IMG/VR virus record: IMGVR_UViG_3300047548_000908
Coordinates: 1-64,000 of that record
Direction: 5' to 3' (one strand)
Length of the DNA: 64,000 nt
From: an uncultured virus (IMG/VR IMGVR_UViG_3300047548_000908)
Taxonomy: Duplodnaviria; Heunggongvirae; Uroviricota; Caudoviricetes
In this document: one piece after another, positions 47,112 through 59,989 of the stretch
Position numbering within the stretch: the first letter of the stretch is position 1
Layout of the letters: every line of letters starts with the position of its first letter
Made by a program: the position numbers and the translations under genes
The notes under the pieces: model-generated
What the model was told of the DNA's origin: nothing
Seen by the model: the letters and a program-made list of their open reading frames with translations, nothing else
Databases searched by the model: none

Positions 47112-47541
47112 TGTGTTTCCTTTACGTTAGCTAGGGTTAAGGATTGTGCGTTTGCACAGTTATAATGATAACATCAATGCAAGATAAAGTCAAGCATTGA
47201 TTTTACCAAAATTCAAGATTGAAGGGTGGGGGAAGAAATGAGTTGTTTTCCGTACAATGCCTTAAGCATTTCGGATGCTGCATATAGATTAGGAGCTTGG
47301 ATAGTCACTTTGATAAATGACCCGACACCTGTTTTTACGAATGCCCAGTAAGTGTTCATATCACAACCAAAAAGTAACATCCCGATTATTTTTCGGGCGA
47401 CGCTTGTACTTGTTTTTCGCCTGAACCGACTTCGGTTTGAAAGGCGAATTTTCCTCAAAAAGGACGCGGTGTGCGCGGTGCTTGATTTGAGGGGCTTCAA
47501 AGGTGAACTTATGCTTCATGATTTTCCTTTAACTATTTATC

Positions 47542-47859
47542 TTACTTGAACGTGTTAAGTGCAGGGTTAAGTTCTTTGATCAGTTCAGTCTCGCGGGCAT
47601 GAGCTTCCTTCTTACCACGAAGAATCTCCAAGACACCATACGTAAAAGCTTCCGGGCCAAAGAATCGAAGAGACTCACAAAGTCCCCAACCCTTGTCTTC
47701 AGTCATCGCACGTTGCAAGTGCTTCTGCATCCGACGATGAAGCGAACGCTTGACCGTCGTGCCAGTCTTTGCAGTCAGACCAATGTACTGTTCTTCCGTC
47801 AGCACGTTAGTGATAACGTAGATGATATGCGTGCGGTCGCTGCGAACTTTGCGGGTCAT
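47542..47859 (-). CDS. GIY-YIG domain protein
   Basis: IIYVITN...QYIGLT...R, ETELI...LN. Confidence 0.7.
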   Translation of the reverse strand: MTRKVRSDRTHIIYVITNVLTEEQYIGLTAKTGTTVKRSLHRRMQKHLQRAMTEDKGWGLCESLRFFGPEAFTYGVLEILRGKKEAHARETELIKELNPALNTFK

Positions 47860-48467
47860 GTCTTGCTTCCGATGTCTTACTATACCCATATTATAACACC
47901 GAATCTATTAATTGTCAACCGTTTTCGTTAGGCTGCATTCCTCTTCAGGATATCCTGAACGACAGCCATTTGCTTGTCGGTGAGCTTACCGTAGTAGTCA
48001 AACGCGCGGATCATCTTGCCCGCAAAGATGTTATCCTGCTTGGGGAGGGAAGCACAAATGTCAGCCAGGTCGCTGATAGCTTCAAGTTGTTCCAGTTGAT
48101 TGTCGTTGAACATCAGTTGCTCCGTTTGATTCACTATAAACGTATTATAGCACCAAAATCTTTTATTGTCAAGCCTTTACGAACAGGCCAACTGCATAAA
48201 TTCCGAGCAAAACCGCGTTCACGATCACCAAATTCCACTCTTTGATACGCAACGCCCAGACCAAATAGAGTCCCGCTCCCAAATTGAGCAACCAAATGTT
48301 CGCAGGATCGATCCTGAGGCTCGTAAAAAGAGCACCCAAAACGACGGAGAACATTCCCGACCACTTCAAAATTTTATTCAGCATACAAGTATTGTAGCAC
48401 CAAAATCTTTTATTGTCAATCCTATCGATCCAATTATATTAATAGGTGTTGTATAAAAACAACACTC

Positions 48468-48773
48468 TTAGATCGAGTACTCCACGAACCTGACACCAGC
48501 TTTCTTGATGGCAAGTTCACAGACAGGGCAGGGTTTGGCTAGTTTAAATTGTCCTCGCTTATTGACTCGCTCGACTTTGATCTTGTAGGGCTCTCCACGG
48601 CACTTGATCAGTGCATCTATCTCAGCGTGTAGAAATTGCTTTTCGGGCTGACCTACTGCTTTGGCCATTTCAGCTTGATAAGGGTGAGTTTTGGTATAGG
48701 AGTTCCTGCCTACGCTCAGAATACGACCTTTCTTGTCATACACCGTAGCGGTAATTTCGTGCTTTACGCTCAT
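48468..48773 (-). CDS. Cytidine deaminase-like protein
   Basis: HAEIDAL, PCPVC. Confidence 0.75.
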   Translation of the reverse strand: MSVKHEITATVYDKKGRILSVGRNSYTKTHPYQAEMAKAVGQPEKQFLHAEIDALIKCRGEPYKIKVERVNKRGQFKLAKPCPVCELAIKKAGVRFVEYSI

Positions 48774-49225
48774 TCGTTATGTTGTTTGTTGTGTTTAGAT
48801 GACAATATCTGAATTGCCTTCGAAAGTACTTCCTTTTGAGTATCATATGCTTCTGCTTCCCATGGAAGCTTTTTGTATTCCTCAAAAGTTAACTTATCGG
48901 GCAATGAGTCTGTGTAGTAAACTTTGTTCCAAAAATATTTACCAGATGGTGTTATTTTTAATTTTCCTGTCTTTCTTTGATGTACATGTATTAATTCATG
49001 TGCCAAGACGATAGGCAGCTCTTCATAGGTTAACGCAAAATCAATTCCTATTCTGTTTGCGTGTATGATGTCAATACCCCCGTACGCATTGTTCAAAGGA
49101 TACAGACACACATCTATTTTGTCAGGTAATTCTAAGAACGTGGAAATAGCATTGCATAGCGCAGAAATCACTATTTCCTTTTTGTAGCTATGTTGATTGT
49201 TCTGGTAGAAGAACGCAACTTGCAC
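48770..49225 (-). CDS. Zn metallopeptidase-like
   Basis: LAHELIHVHQ, PWEAEA. Confidence 0.7.
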   Translation of the reverse strand: MQVAFFYQNNQHSYKKEIVISALCNAISTFLELPDKIDVCLYPLNNAYGGIDIIHANRIGIDFALTYEELPIVLAHELIHVHQRKTGKLKITPSGKYFWNKVYYTDSLPDKLTFEEYKKLPWEAEAYDTQKEVLSKAIQILSSKHNKQHNE

Positions 49226-49562
49226 TTTAATGTAAGACTATGTTATTCCCTGTTTCTATAAGGTCCTGAATGTACTCTGTCAGGTCTTCCACTGTGTAAC
49301 CTAATTGACCTAACTTTGGCAATAGTTCCATAAACAGTACAAAGTGAGCAGTGCCTTTGACATAATTTTCATCTTTGTTATCAAAGTCAAATGCTTCTAG
49401 TTTAGGAAAGATTTCATTTTCTATAAAGGTTTGTGATTGGTTTCCGCTTTTTTCATATTGCCAATCTTCAAATTCATCTTCGATTCTTACTTCACATGCA
49501 GCTTTAGACATAGCGAAAATCCTTATTAAATTATTTAGACTTTACGTTTAGTTAGTATTAGT

Positions 49563-50978
49563 CTATTTTTTAGTTTCTCTTGCGCCCATCAAGTTTTTTT
49601 CTATTTCTGTTAAGTCACTTTCTTTATCTACTTCTATCCAAGATTTTCCGTTGAACCTAAAAATCTTATTTGGCATCGTATCTACTCTTACGAATATGTC
49701 TCCTTCGAATGCAAACTCAGGAAACTTAGTTCCAAAGTCTGCTCTCGGGGATCCCAAATCTTCAGCATTTAGTTTTAACTCAGGGAACATACTTACGAAA
49801 ACTTGCTTATGCATTTGTTTTCCGTTCCGTTCAACGTAATCAGATTCCGGTAAAATATGGCAAAGTTTTTCTGTTACACCCTCAGTTTCAATAACCACTT
49901 CCTTTGTTACGTTGTCAGAGTGATCCTCTGCTTGTATTATATCACTCCCTGTATCGAATAGCTCTTCTTTGTTTTCCCTAAAAATAGGTTCAGGCCTACT
50001 GGGAAATTTTACCCAAGGTTTGCTGAGATATGGGTAGTCAGAGAGACTGAACTCTTTTTCTTTTGGCAGTTCAGGTTCTTGTTTATATTCGGTAAGTGGT
50101 TCAACCGGCTGATTCGGTATAATTGAATAGTTGTCTTCGACTTTTTTGTCTGCAACATGTATTGGTTGTTCGGTAGGTTCAACTTTGTCGAGTAAATTCT
50201 TGGATGAGTCTTCTTTGTCCCATTCTTTACTTTGGTTCGCTGCTAACACAAGTGAGATTGCAAGAGGATCAAATACTAGAACTAGAAGAATAATGACCCA
50301 TCTGACTGATTTTTCTAACAGATTTTGGTCAATATTGTCCCCATATATCAATGCGGCAATATACTTTACTGGACCAACTTCAAGTTCTACTTTTCTTAGT
50401 TCAGATGCGATCGGTGCCCTTTCTTCATTTAGTTTAGCAATTTCCGCATTTGCCCGTTCAATCTCAGCTTGTAGTTGCGCTCTTTCTTTTGCTTGCTGCC
50501 TTCTAATTTGAACACTTCTTTCGACTGATCGTTCTGAATCCCCTTTAGACATTACGTTGTTTACTTGGGCATCCATTTGAGCGAGTGCTGCTCTTGCAGA
50601 GTCAACTGTGTCTTTTTGAGTTTTTATTTTTTCATCAAACAAGGCAACTTTGGCTGCAATATCTCCTATAGGGGCACCTTGTTCCATGTGTGCCTTACTT
50701 AGGAATCCAAATATACCCATGCTAGTTAAGATCGCAATTGCTACTACGGCTGGGATCAAGTATGCCTTTAGTTTCCAGCTGCACCTTTCCCAATACTTTC
50801 TTAACCACACTGAAGTTGTTATCTTAGTAACTTCTAAGATAGAACCCATTATGATGATGGGAATCACAGCACCGGCAAATATTGCGGTTAAGCCTATTAT
50901 ACTGTAATAGGCTGCGACAGTACTTAAAGCAAGTGCGACGAATAAAGTGAAATTTGAGAGATTTATTTTAAGCATCAA
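49563..50978 (-). CDS. Membrane protein with coiled coil
   Basis: Three N-terminal TMs, TSMGIFGFLSKAH, VFDPLA. Confidence 0.7.
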   Translation of the reverse strand: MMLKINLSNFTLFVALALSTVAAYYSIIGLTAIFAGAVIPIIIMGSILEVTKITTSVWLRKYWERCSWKLKAYLIPAVVAIAILTSMGIFGFLSKAHMEQGAPIGDIAAKVALFDEKIKTQKDTVDSARAALAQMDAQVNNVMSKGDSERSVERSVQIRRQQAKERAQLQAEIERANAEIAKLNEERAPIASELRKVELEVGPVKYIAALIYGDNIDQNLLEKSVRWVIILLVLVFDPLAISLVLAANQSKEWDKEDSSKNLLDKVEPTEQPIHVADKKVEDNYSIIPNQPVEPLTEYKQEPELPKEKEFSLSDYPYLSKPWVKFPSRPEPIFRENKEELFDTGSDIIQAEDHSDNVTKEVVIETEGVTEKLCHILPESDYVERNGKQMHKQVFVSMFPELKLNAEDLGSPRADFGTKFPEFAFEGDIFVRVDTMPNKIFRFNGKSWIEVDKESDLTEIEKNLMGARETKK

Positions 50979-51766
50979 ATATTTATCGCCGACCTACTCA
51001 AATTTTACATATCCCGCCTTTTCCAAGATACACTAGAATTGATAGAACGTTTATAGTTATAATAAGAGTCAACGCAGGCTGAAAATATAGCGTCTACTAT
51101 TAATAATCCTCCTGCAATGACAGACAATAGCATTGAATGTAGTGGAAGTGTTATAATGAAGAGTGCAGTCCATAGGATATTTCTACGCTCCCACCTTCTA
51201 CTGTTTTTCCATTTCCAAGAAATATATCTAAACACAACAACACCTCCCTTGTGTTTAGATATTTATCGGAAATCAAGATTTTACATCAAACAGGTGCCCG
51301 AATTGAGTTAAAAACGTCTCAAGTGGTAGAACAAACTTCCTAGGGAGACTTGGTCCTTGCCGTTGTGTGTAAGTGACTAGTTGAACCGTTTCGTTGTCGA
51401 TTTCCTTTGATTTTATCTGAAGGACGGAAAGCTCACTGCCATCATCAAACGTGTACGTTTTTCCTATCAGATCGGTCATTTAATCTTCCAATACATCATA
51501 TGTAACTTCATAACCACCTTTTCGGTCAGTGTACCAGTCATCATATTCACGATCCCATTCTAGGTCAATGTCATTTTCCATTGCATCCTCAATTACCGTT
51601 TCAATGTCAACTTCTCCGCTTTTGAGATTTTCAATCAGCTCCTTGATTTCTTCATCAGAAGATTCAGGGTAAATTTCACTAAGAAGATCCTCAGTGAATT
51701 CTAGAATGAATTGACTATCTACACTATGCCACTCATGCTTCATAACTTTAATCATTTAGACTCTCC

Positions 51767-53101
51767 TTATTTGTCATCACGGAATCGAACAAATCGAGGG
51801 AAACGAAGGCTATAAGTCCCATCCTGATTCTGCGTAATCACATCGCAGAGAATTTCCGCAGTTTTGCCAATCACATACTGACTGTCTTTCCAGTAGGAAT
51901 CACGATCTTCATCACTAAAACCACTACCTACGTTTACAGTAATTTCCTTACCATCGTCCACTCCATTGCAAATCAATGCTCCTAGCCGACCTTTGTTACG
52001 CCCAGTGCCCTCTTCAACACCTACCACCTCCAGATCAACTGTAATAGTCGGCTTCCACTTCATCCAAAAAGTATTACGTTTGCACTCATAGGGTGAATTA
52101 ACATCCTTGATCATAATACCTTCGAACCCTGCATTAACCTGATCTTTAGCATAACGATGCATTTGATCTTGGCCTGCAGCGGTACTAAGATCAACCATGA
52201 TGTGAGGAAGAAGTTCGACGTTTGCCATAGTATCGATAATAGGACGTAGAGACTCCAAGAGTTCTACCCTTTTGCTAAGTTGAGCGTTCCAGAATCCGCG
52301 TCGAAAATCAGTTAGCGGGATGATATCAAACACGTTGAATACAGAATCGTCTGCTTGAACATTTTCTTTGCGACGAGCCTGCCGCATAAGTTCTTGGAAC
52401 GTATTTCCGATAACCTCTCCGTCGAGAACAAATCCACCGATAAGAGCAGTGGACTTAGCGCCACGAATCATCTTTACCCAGTTGTCAGCAATTTGCTCCT
52501 CGATATGAGTGAAGTTCTCAAAAATCTTTCCGTTCCTAGAAAAGCTGGTAACGGACACTCCTGAGTCTGAAGGAACAATGGTCATCAGAACACGAACACC
52601 ATCTAGCTTCGGTTCAAGACGTTTAGTCCCCTTCATTTCGGGCCTGCCCTCACTATTAGTAGCAAGCTGACAAGCAAAGATAGGAACCTCATATTCAGTC
52701 TTTTTGCAAACTTTGTTGATAGTCTTATCCGAAATGCCCGCACGAAGATCCCGACGAAGTACCGCGGCGCAGAATTTGTTCCACTCTTCACTATCGAAGC
52801 GTTCACTCATTTCCGCAATTGCATCACGGGCAGAATTACCCGTAAGATTTCTATCACGGAGTTCGATAAGGAGATCATTGAAATCTTCCCAGGGATTTTC
52901 TGCATCCACGATTCCGATAGTCTCAGGAATCTGTTTGACTCCAAACGTCAAGAAGGGATTGTAGCAAGCCTTAGTCAGTTCCAAGAAGGTCTTTGCATTA
53001 GTACTGCCTACGTTTGCGGCAGTAAGAGCCTGCTTCAGTACATCCTCTTTATGAAGTCGGCTGTCAGATTCGTTCAGTTTGTTAATCCACGATGCACTCA
53101 T
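51767..53101 (-). CDS. ATP-dependent DNA ligase
   Basis: EPKLDGVR, LDGE, EGIMIK, VGSGF, SLRFPRF. Confidence 0.95.
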   Translation of the reverse strand: MSASWINKLNESDSRLHKEDVLKQALTAANVGSTNAKTFLELTKACYNPFLTFGVKQIPETIGIVDAENPWEDFNDLLIELRDRNLTGNSARDAIAEMSERFDSEEWNKFCAAVLRRDLRAGISDKTINKVCKKTEYEVPIFACQLATNSEGRPEMKGTKRLEPKLDGVRVLMTIVPSDSGVSVTSFSRNGKIFENFTHIEEQIADNWVKMIRGAKSTALIGGFVLDGEVIGNTFQELMRQARRKENVQADDSVFNVFDIIPLTDFRRGFWNAQLSKRVELLESLRPIIDTMANVELLPHIMVDLSTAAGQDQMHRYAKDQVNAGFEGIMIKDVNSPYECKRNTFWMKWKPTITVDLEVVGVEEGTGRNKGRLGALICNGVDDGKEITVNVGSGFSDEDRDSYWKDSQYVIGKTAEILCDVITQNQDGTYSLRFPRFVRFRDDK

Positions 53102-53113
53102 ATTTTTTCCTTG

Positions 53114-56100
53114 TCACTCAATTAGGTTATCAGAGTCTTTAAGAATTGCAAAGACTTCTGTTTCAGAAATTATTTCAGCGGCTTGATCCAACTCTTTGAT
53201 GGCCTGCTCTAACGCACGTTTTGTGCTTTCTATAGTTTTAGGACGCAAACTCCTCACAAACTTGCTAGTATTGACCATTTTGACTAGATTACACTCAGCA
53301 TTAACCTTGCTTGCGTTTTCCCTGTTGAACCCGTTACTGAATGGACTTTGAAATCCATTCAAAAAAGCAAGTTCATCCATAGACACTTCGCATAGTACAC
53401 GGTTGATGTCAATTTTTGCAATAACTTTCATTTTATTTTTTCAGCGTATTTGCCAGTTCTCGATTACGATGGTCCTGCTCTTTGCGTTCTCGTTTCTTGT
53501 CATCCGACAAGCCGAGCATTCTATCATAGTTCCTAGCCCACTCTACCCCTCTGAGGAAGTTGTCAACTGCCTCCAAATCGCCAGTAAACAAGCTAGCATC
53601 CCTAGAGAAGATAGGGAGGTTTTCTTGATCAAGAGGATACAGCGTAATCATTTCTTGGTCGTATCCGTGTTTGGGGTATCCAAAGTTAAACCCCAGTTTA
53701 TTTGCAAATTCATGAACACGGATAAACTCTCGGTAAGTGCGAAAGCCGAGCATTAGACCACTTTCACATAGTTGAGTTGGGTTTGATTGTCACGATGCGA
53801 CTTGACCTTCCCTTGAATTTTAATCTTTTGGCCGACGCTGAACTGACCCTTACCGGTGAAGAAAAACAGGGCTTGTTCTTGATCGTTGATCGCATTCACG
53901 ACAAACGAGTTCCAACGCTGGCTGAAAATGACTTTCAGAATTTCCACGTTGCAAGTGATCTTTTCGCCCACTGCACCAGCATACCCGCCCGAAGCAAAAC
54001 GAATTTTGCTCATAGCGTTATCCATAGCCTTAGCCTTTTCGTAAGACTGGGGCAGGGACGCGATGACGGCAATGTCGAACTTGTCATCGATGACATCACG
54101 ATTGGCAATCGTGAGTGCGGTATTGAGGAAGTCGTTCAGCTTCTTGCCCGAAATGATTTGGAACATCAGGCCCTTGAAGTAGCTACGAACTTCTTCGCCG
54201 ACTTCCTTGTCCTCGTCGGTGAGCTGTTCGGGCGAAGCGATCAGGCGCTCCATAATCTGACGATTGGTCTCGTCATTTTTACCAGGTTCGATGAACTTCA
54301 GATAACCATCGTTGATGCGATGAGCAGCCACAGCAGCAGCCCAAGCAATCGAAGGGTCGATGTTCAGAGCAACCTTCTTGATACGAGCCATTTTACTTCT
54401 CCGTTTTCTCAGTGTATGAAGCTATTATACACTCAAAATTACTTTTTGTCAACCGTTTTTGTTAAACAAACATCCAGCCATTAACTTTGACGCCAAATGC
54501 ACGACATTCTGCGTCAGGCAACCACTGCCCAACGATGTTGCCACGACTGTCGATTGCGTTGACCCAACCAACCGAAGGTCCTTCTTCAGTAAGGAGTTGA
54601 GTTTTTTCTGCTTCCTGAAACCATTTGGAAAGATCAGAGAAGCGTTCTTTACGTTTAGCCATTTGATTCTCCGTTTTTTCAGTGTATAAAGCTATTATAC
54701 GCCCGAAATTACTTTTTGTCAACCGTTTTTGTAGCCAAGGCATGCTCAATGTCGCGGGTTTCGACGTTCAGTTGAGCAATCCTCTTTTCACGTTTTTCGA
54801 TGTCCTTGGGCTTTCCCTGACTACGAACCTTATTCAGGGAGATAAGTTCTTCATACAGTGCCTGCAGGTTGACACGCAGGGACTGCTCGGTAGGTGTAGC
54901 TTTAGCTCTCGTTGCCATTCTTACTCCTTAGATTTTAGACTGATATTCTACGTCTCTGAGGGCCTCAGCTTTGGAAGTACCGTAACCAGCATTCCCGACT
55001 TGGAATTCGTTCTCGTCAACGTAGATAGCAGTCCACAGACGAATAGAACGATCATACCAAACGATTGCTTTCATGGATTCCTCACTATCGACTATGTAAA
55101 ATTATAGCAAACTTTGGACTATTTGTCAACCGAATTTTCTCTTCCTGCGGTGAATGCCGCCTCCAGCCATTGAACGATGCGACTAGGAGGAAACATATTT
55201 AGGTCAACGTAGAATCGTTCAGACCTAAAAGTGATGAACTCTCTTTCATTGAACCATTCGTTGAAGTCGGCATACTTGTAGGTATTCTCCATGGAGCGCC
55301 TTGTGATAGGAGGAATGGGTATAAATACCCATTCCTAAATTTTGTTTTAGGTTACTTTTTGTTACCAGCAGTTACAAAGGCGTACATCTTTTCTGCGGTT
55401 TCTAGTACTTTATCGAGACCAGGAAATTCAGGCATTTCAACCTTAGTAACAACTTTTCCTTCTTTGTCTCGTTCTACTGTAGTTTCCCACCCTAACCATT
55501 TGTAGTGGAAGTCTTGGCCTACGATATCTTTAGCCATGTGCAGAATTTCTGTTCTGATTTCATAGCCGTTTTTGTTGAATTTTACTTCTGGTAATGCAGT
55601 TAGTTTTTTTGAATCAGTCATGATAAGTCTCCTATGTGTGTGAGTGTAGTTTACAACAAGCTATTAGAAGTAACAAGAAAATCGGTTGTATAAGTTATTC
55701 CTAACTTTTTCATCAAATTCTCTTTCTAACTTTTCTACTTCAATGCCACTTTTTGGGTTGTGACGATTGATGTAATCTTCTAGTTCTGATGTGAAACCTC
55801 TAGCAGATCCGAGGCGTTCAAACAAGGTAATGAAGGGTAAGAATATATTAATCATTGTGTTTTCCTGTGTGTGTTAGTGTAGTTGCCTACACTTTATTTA
55901 TCATCACAGGTTACGTTTTGATTTTTAGCAACTCGATATATTTAAAAACGTCATCATATAACGTTACCATCATTGCAACTTTGGAATCATAAAGCCTAAT
56001 CTTTACACCCCCTGAACTATTTTCACAAAAAATGTAATAAGGACATGGCATTTTTTTGTTCAGTTTCAGCATCATCGCATTCCATCCTTCGACGTTGTTG

Positions 56101-58542
56101 GATGGGTTTTTGAAATCGCAATTAACTGCTTCTATATTCGCAAGTGTAAAGACAGCGGCTCCCAAATCAGTAAGTCGCAGTCCACTACCTGCTCTCCAAA
56201 AATACCACCATTTCCTCATCGCATCCTCTTTTGTAACAACGTAGTCGGGAGGAAGTTGCTTGAGTACTATATCTGTTATTTTACTTTTAGATGGGATGTA
56301 GTCATTCATCTGGATAAACCTTTGTTCCTGAACTGTAGAACACTACCGAAAACTTATCAGTCTTGAACTGTTTGTTCAGTTTTCTGCACAAGTTTCTGGC
56401 ATGACCTGGATTACTAAAACTGGTCTTTTTATAGGTAGGAATAGAGTTACTGTCTAAGTAATGTTGTCTTTTTAGGTTTATTGGTTGACCGTCGTAAGTC
56501 ACCGCCCAAATACCAGGTGCTTCCACTATCTGATCACACTGGTACGTTGTTTTATCAACCATCTCCATTATAACTTTTGTCTTAGACCTACTCATACTAT
56601 CACCATTTATTACCCACTAGCTTTACTTCAATCACTTCCTCTTTTTTCGTTGTGTTGGAAAGTTCCTTATTTTCTACTAAGAGCCTCGTTATCTCATCAC
56701 GAAGTAGTTTTGCTTCTGATAAGGGCAAAATCAAATCTTTTGCTTGTCTACCTTCTAAACTGGCTATTCTATCAACGAATCGTTTAATGTTAATCATGAT
56801 AGATTATTTATCGCCACATTAGCCTCTTCTTTAGTCTTGTATGGACCTGAGTACGGATAACGCTGTACAAAGATATACTTCGGGCAAAATACCACTTCTG
56901 TAATTTCGTTTTGTTTAATGGCGAACCATCCTGCCGCATAAAAACATTTACTTTTTGCAGTTTTAGTGAACAGGTGTAGTTTTTTTCTGACATCCAAAAT
57001 ATTGTTGAATGTCTTAGCTGGCGTGGGGAAGTGAGCAAAAACAGGATTTAAAGGTTTCGATCTAACCGATATTGTTTCAAACCTAATATTGGAAATTTCC
57101 TTCGTGTCTTCATATCTATCAACATGTTTTCCTATCTTTACATTGAACGAAGACCCGTCGAATTCTACGTTTCCTACCTTTTTGTCGCCATCAGTGATGA
57201 CCCAAAATTGATTTTTTATAATAGGTTTTGCAATCAAGCTCATTCAGAAATCCTTTATGTTAGTAAAAGCCTAGTGAGTGCGATAATGTCAATTGTCACT
57301 AGAAGTCCATAGTTTGCCACCATTCCTGTACTTTTTCTAGTCCATGCAGCCCAACCAAAAATCATACACTGAGCTATAAACATAGGATAAAGTAGCAGAA
57401 AAGGAGGATTAGGCACTGTGAGTGCCATAATCACACTACAAGTTATACTTCCAAACCATGCAATGATCTCTAGGCAAAATCTAAGAGGCCATGCTTTGTA
57501 GTCGTTCTTAGCCCAAGCATATATGTTATTGAATGTGTTAGTTATCTGATCCATTGTCTTTTTTAGTTAATTCGCATACCATGATGAAATGATCGTATGC
57601 TTTCTTTACTGCGGGGTTTTTCAAAAGTTTCTCAGCTTCTTCCATCATAGCTTTAACTCCCTCTTCCGCAGCTTCGCGGGCGCTGGGCCATTCCAAACGA
57701 CTTGCCCCCTCACCAAACTCTTTTACTAGATTTTCCCATGCAGCCTTTTGTGCCGGGGTAATAGGTTTTGATCGTTCCTGATATCCCAATCTAATGTCAG
57801 TCGCTTTAACTAAAGATGCGGCAATTGCATCCTCAGCAACGATTCCTGCGGCAATCATGGCTGCATACCCAGGATCAACCTTGAAACGATAACTGACCCC
57901 GCCTGGAACTACATTTACTAAGTGACTACCTTTTGGAAGAGCATCTAGCAGAGTAGAATCGTATTCGGCCACTGGAATATATCGACTACCTACCTTCTCG
58001 TAATAGATTTTTTTCATAGCATGAATTTTTTGCAAATTTCTTTGCCAATCGGAAACTCAGCTTCGTCGGCAAGCTCAGAATCAATGATCTCAAACATCAA
58101 CAGATCCTTAAGCATTGATGCTTCTTTTGCTTCAGATACTGAAAGAGTTTCTGACCAGTCTTCAAATTCTTCTAGAGTTTGGAAGTTCCAAAGCTTGTTC
58201 AAAAGAACAACCTGCTTCATAGTGAGACCATCGATCTTGATTTCTTTGTTCACGTTATTCTCCTAGTTGTTGCCAAATAAGTTCTTTATCAGGGACGACT
58301 GCGACAGGAATAAGCCACTTACGTTCAATGCATTCCGTAATTATTTTCTGATATTCTTTGGGGCATGTAGGCTTGATTGCAAACCCTGCTCTTGAGTGAG
58401 AAGTAAAGGCGGTGTTAATAGTAAACCCTGGATCACCAGGAAACAACGTCTTGACGTTAGTCTGATGTACTTTAATTTTCATTAAGGATACCTTTGTAGG
58501 GAGAGTTGAGCCACTTAGCATAAGTCTCCGCTTGTTCACCAA
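53114..58542 (-). CDS. Block of ~15 minus-strand hypothetical genes (e.g. 53753-54391, 55352-55621, 56302-56595, 56794-57243, 57538-58035)
   Basis: Tightly packed co-oriented ORFs, several headed by the early promoter module. Confidence 0.55.
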
Positions 58543-59476
58543 TTTTAGTCAATTCATACTTTGCACAAAACTTCATGAAGTGAATACCAACTTGAGAAAC
58601 GTTAGCCTGTTTCAGTCCAGTCTTGATACTAGTATCAACCGCTTCTTTAACATGATCAGGTTGAGCAGTAAGATCGATGAGAACACGGTTACGTTCATAG
58701 TCATCTTTGACACGATGTTCTTCACCAGTGTGATCGGTCCAGCGCTGGAGCATCATGTTATTCCAGTTAAAGCCCTGTTTATGACGATCAGCATATGCTT
58801 CGATTAGTCCGACTTTGTTTTTGCTACCTTTAGTACGAACACCAGGGTATGCGCTGAAAACATTATCAGTAGTGTCACCCCTCATACATTTTTCAAACAA
58901 AACGAACTGAGGATCACCAAGTAGTTTTGGTTCTTTTGTTTTCTTGTCGAGAACAAGTCTGCCCTTCTCATCATGATATCCCTCAGGAGTAATCAACTGA
59001 TTAGACATTCCGTTGTATTGATGCACGTTATCGGAAATCAGTTGAACATAGTCAGAATCCGAACTGATAATGTAGTGATGATCCTCAGGGTGCAGATGAA
59101 TGAACCTAGCAATGATATCGTCAGCTTCAGCGTTGGGGTCACGCAGTACGCTCACGTTGGTTTTTTCATTCAAATAAGTGGTGAATACTTCATAGGTATC
59201 CCAAAACAATTTATTTTCTTCAACTTCTGCCTGGGTCATAGCAGATTCATCGAGCTTCCTGTGAGCCTTATAAGGCTTGTAAAACTCTTTTCGCCAGCTA
59301 CGACCCTCAAGAGCAAAGACAACGTGATCAACACCGAATTTTCTGACGACCTGATTGACTGATGCAAGTGTCAAGTGAAGTGCCATGCCCACTTTTTCCC
59401 AAGCATCACTGTTTCGGGATGCGATGTGACGGGCGCGGAAGAAGGTATTTGCAGTGTCGATGATTGCGTATTTCAT
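58472..59476 (-). CDS. 5'-3' exonuclease / T4-like RNase H
   Basis: IIDTAN, EADDIIA, SSDSDYVQL, GDTTDNV. Confidence 0.88.
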   Translation of the reverse strand: MKYAIIDTANTFFRARHIASRNSDAWEKVGMALHLTLASVNQVVRKFGVDHVVFALEGRSWRKEFYKPYKAHRKLDESAMTQAEVEENKLFWDTYEVFTTYLNEKTNVSVLRDPNAEADDIIARFIHLHPEDHHYIISSDSDYVQLISDNVHQYNGMSNQLITPEGYHDEKGRLVLDKKTKEPKLLGDPQFVLFEKCMRGDTTDNVFSAYPGVRTKGSKNKVGLIEAYADRHKQGFNWNNMMLQRWTDHTGEEHRVKDDYERNRVLIDLTAQPDHVKEAVDTSIKTGLKQANVSQVGIHFMKFCAKYELTKIGEQAETYAKWLNSPYKGILNEN

Positions 59477-59539
59477 TTGTTTGGGTATGTATATAGTAAG
59501 TGTTGGAATGCAAAGTATAGCACTATTTTGTATTACATG

Positions 59540-59989
59540 TCAAGTCATCGGCTCTAGATACTTCTCCGAGTTAACTGAAAGTTCCCTGGCTGTGATTTTC
59601 TTGTGGTGCTCTAGATTGTTGAACGGAAGGTAGTCTTCTTTAAATGCTCTAATGTCAAACCCTTCCTGATCAATGGTGTCTTTGATCAAAGTTACCATGT
59701 TGTCTATAGACATATTACTTTTTGGACTTACCCATTCTACTACTTCCCCGTAAATTTTGTGTGCTTGGTGTGCAACACGCTGCTTGATGATTGATTCAAG
59801 TGATTTTATTTGAAGACTAGGCCCATAGAATAAATTACAAAACTCTTGCTCTACTCCTGTATGATCGCTATATTGTTTTGACCTCTTCTTGGGATTAATC
59901 GTAATACCAAACCCAAGAAGCTGAACAAATTTGTCACCGTATTTTATAAAATGTGAAGTTTCAATGACATACAGAAAAGATCCACTCAT
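59540..59989 (-). CDS. GIY-YIG/T5orf172-like protein
   Basis: LYVIET...GFGITINPKKR...LE. Confidence 0.45.
   Translation of the reverse strand: MSGSFLYVIETSHFIKYGDKFVQLLGFGITINPKKRSKQYSDHTGVEQEFCNLFYGPSLQIKSLESIIKQRVAHQAHKIYGEVVEWVSPKSNMSIDNMVTLIKDTIDQEGFDIRAFKEDYLPFNNLEHHKKITARELSVNSEKYLEPMT

Noticed and set aside
47542..47859. Mobile homing endonuclease or intron
   Set aside because: The protein is only ~105 aa with no DNA-binding tail, has its own early promoter and does not interrupt a gene
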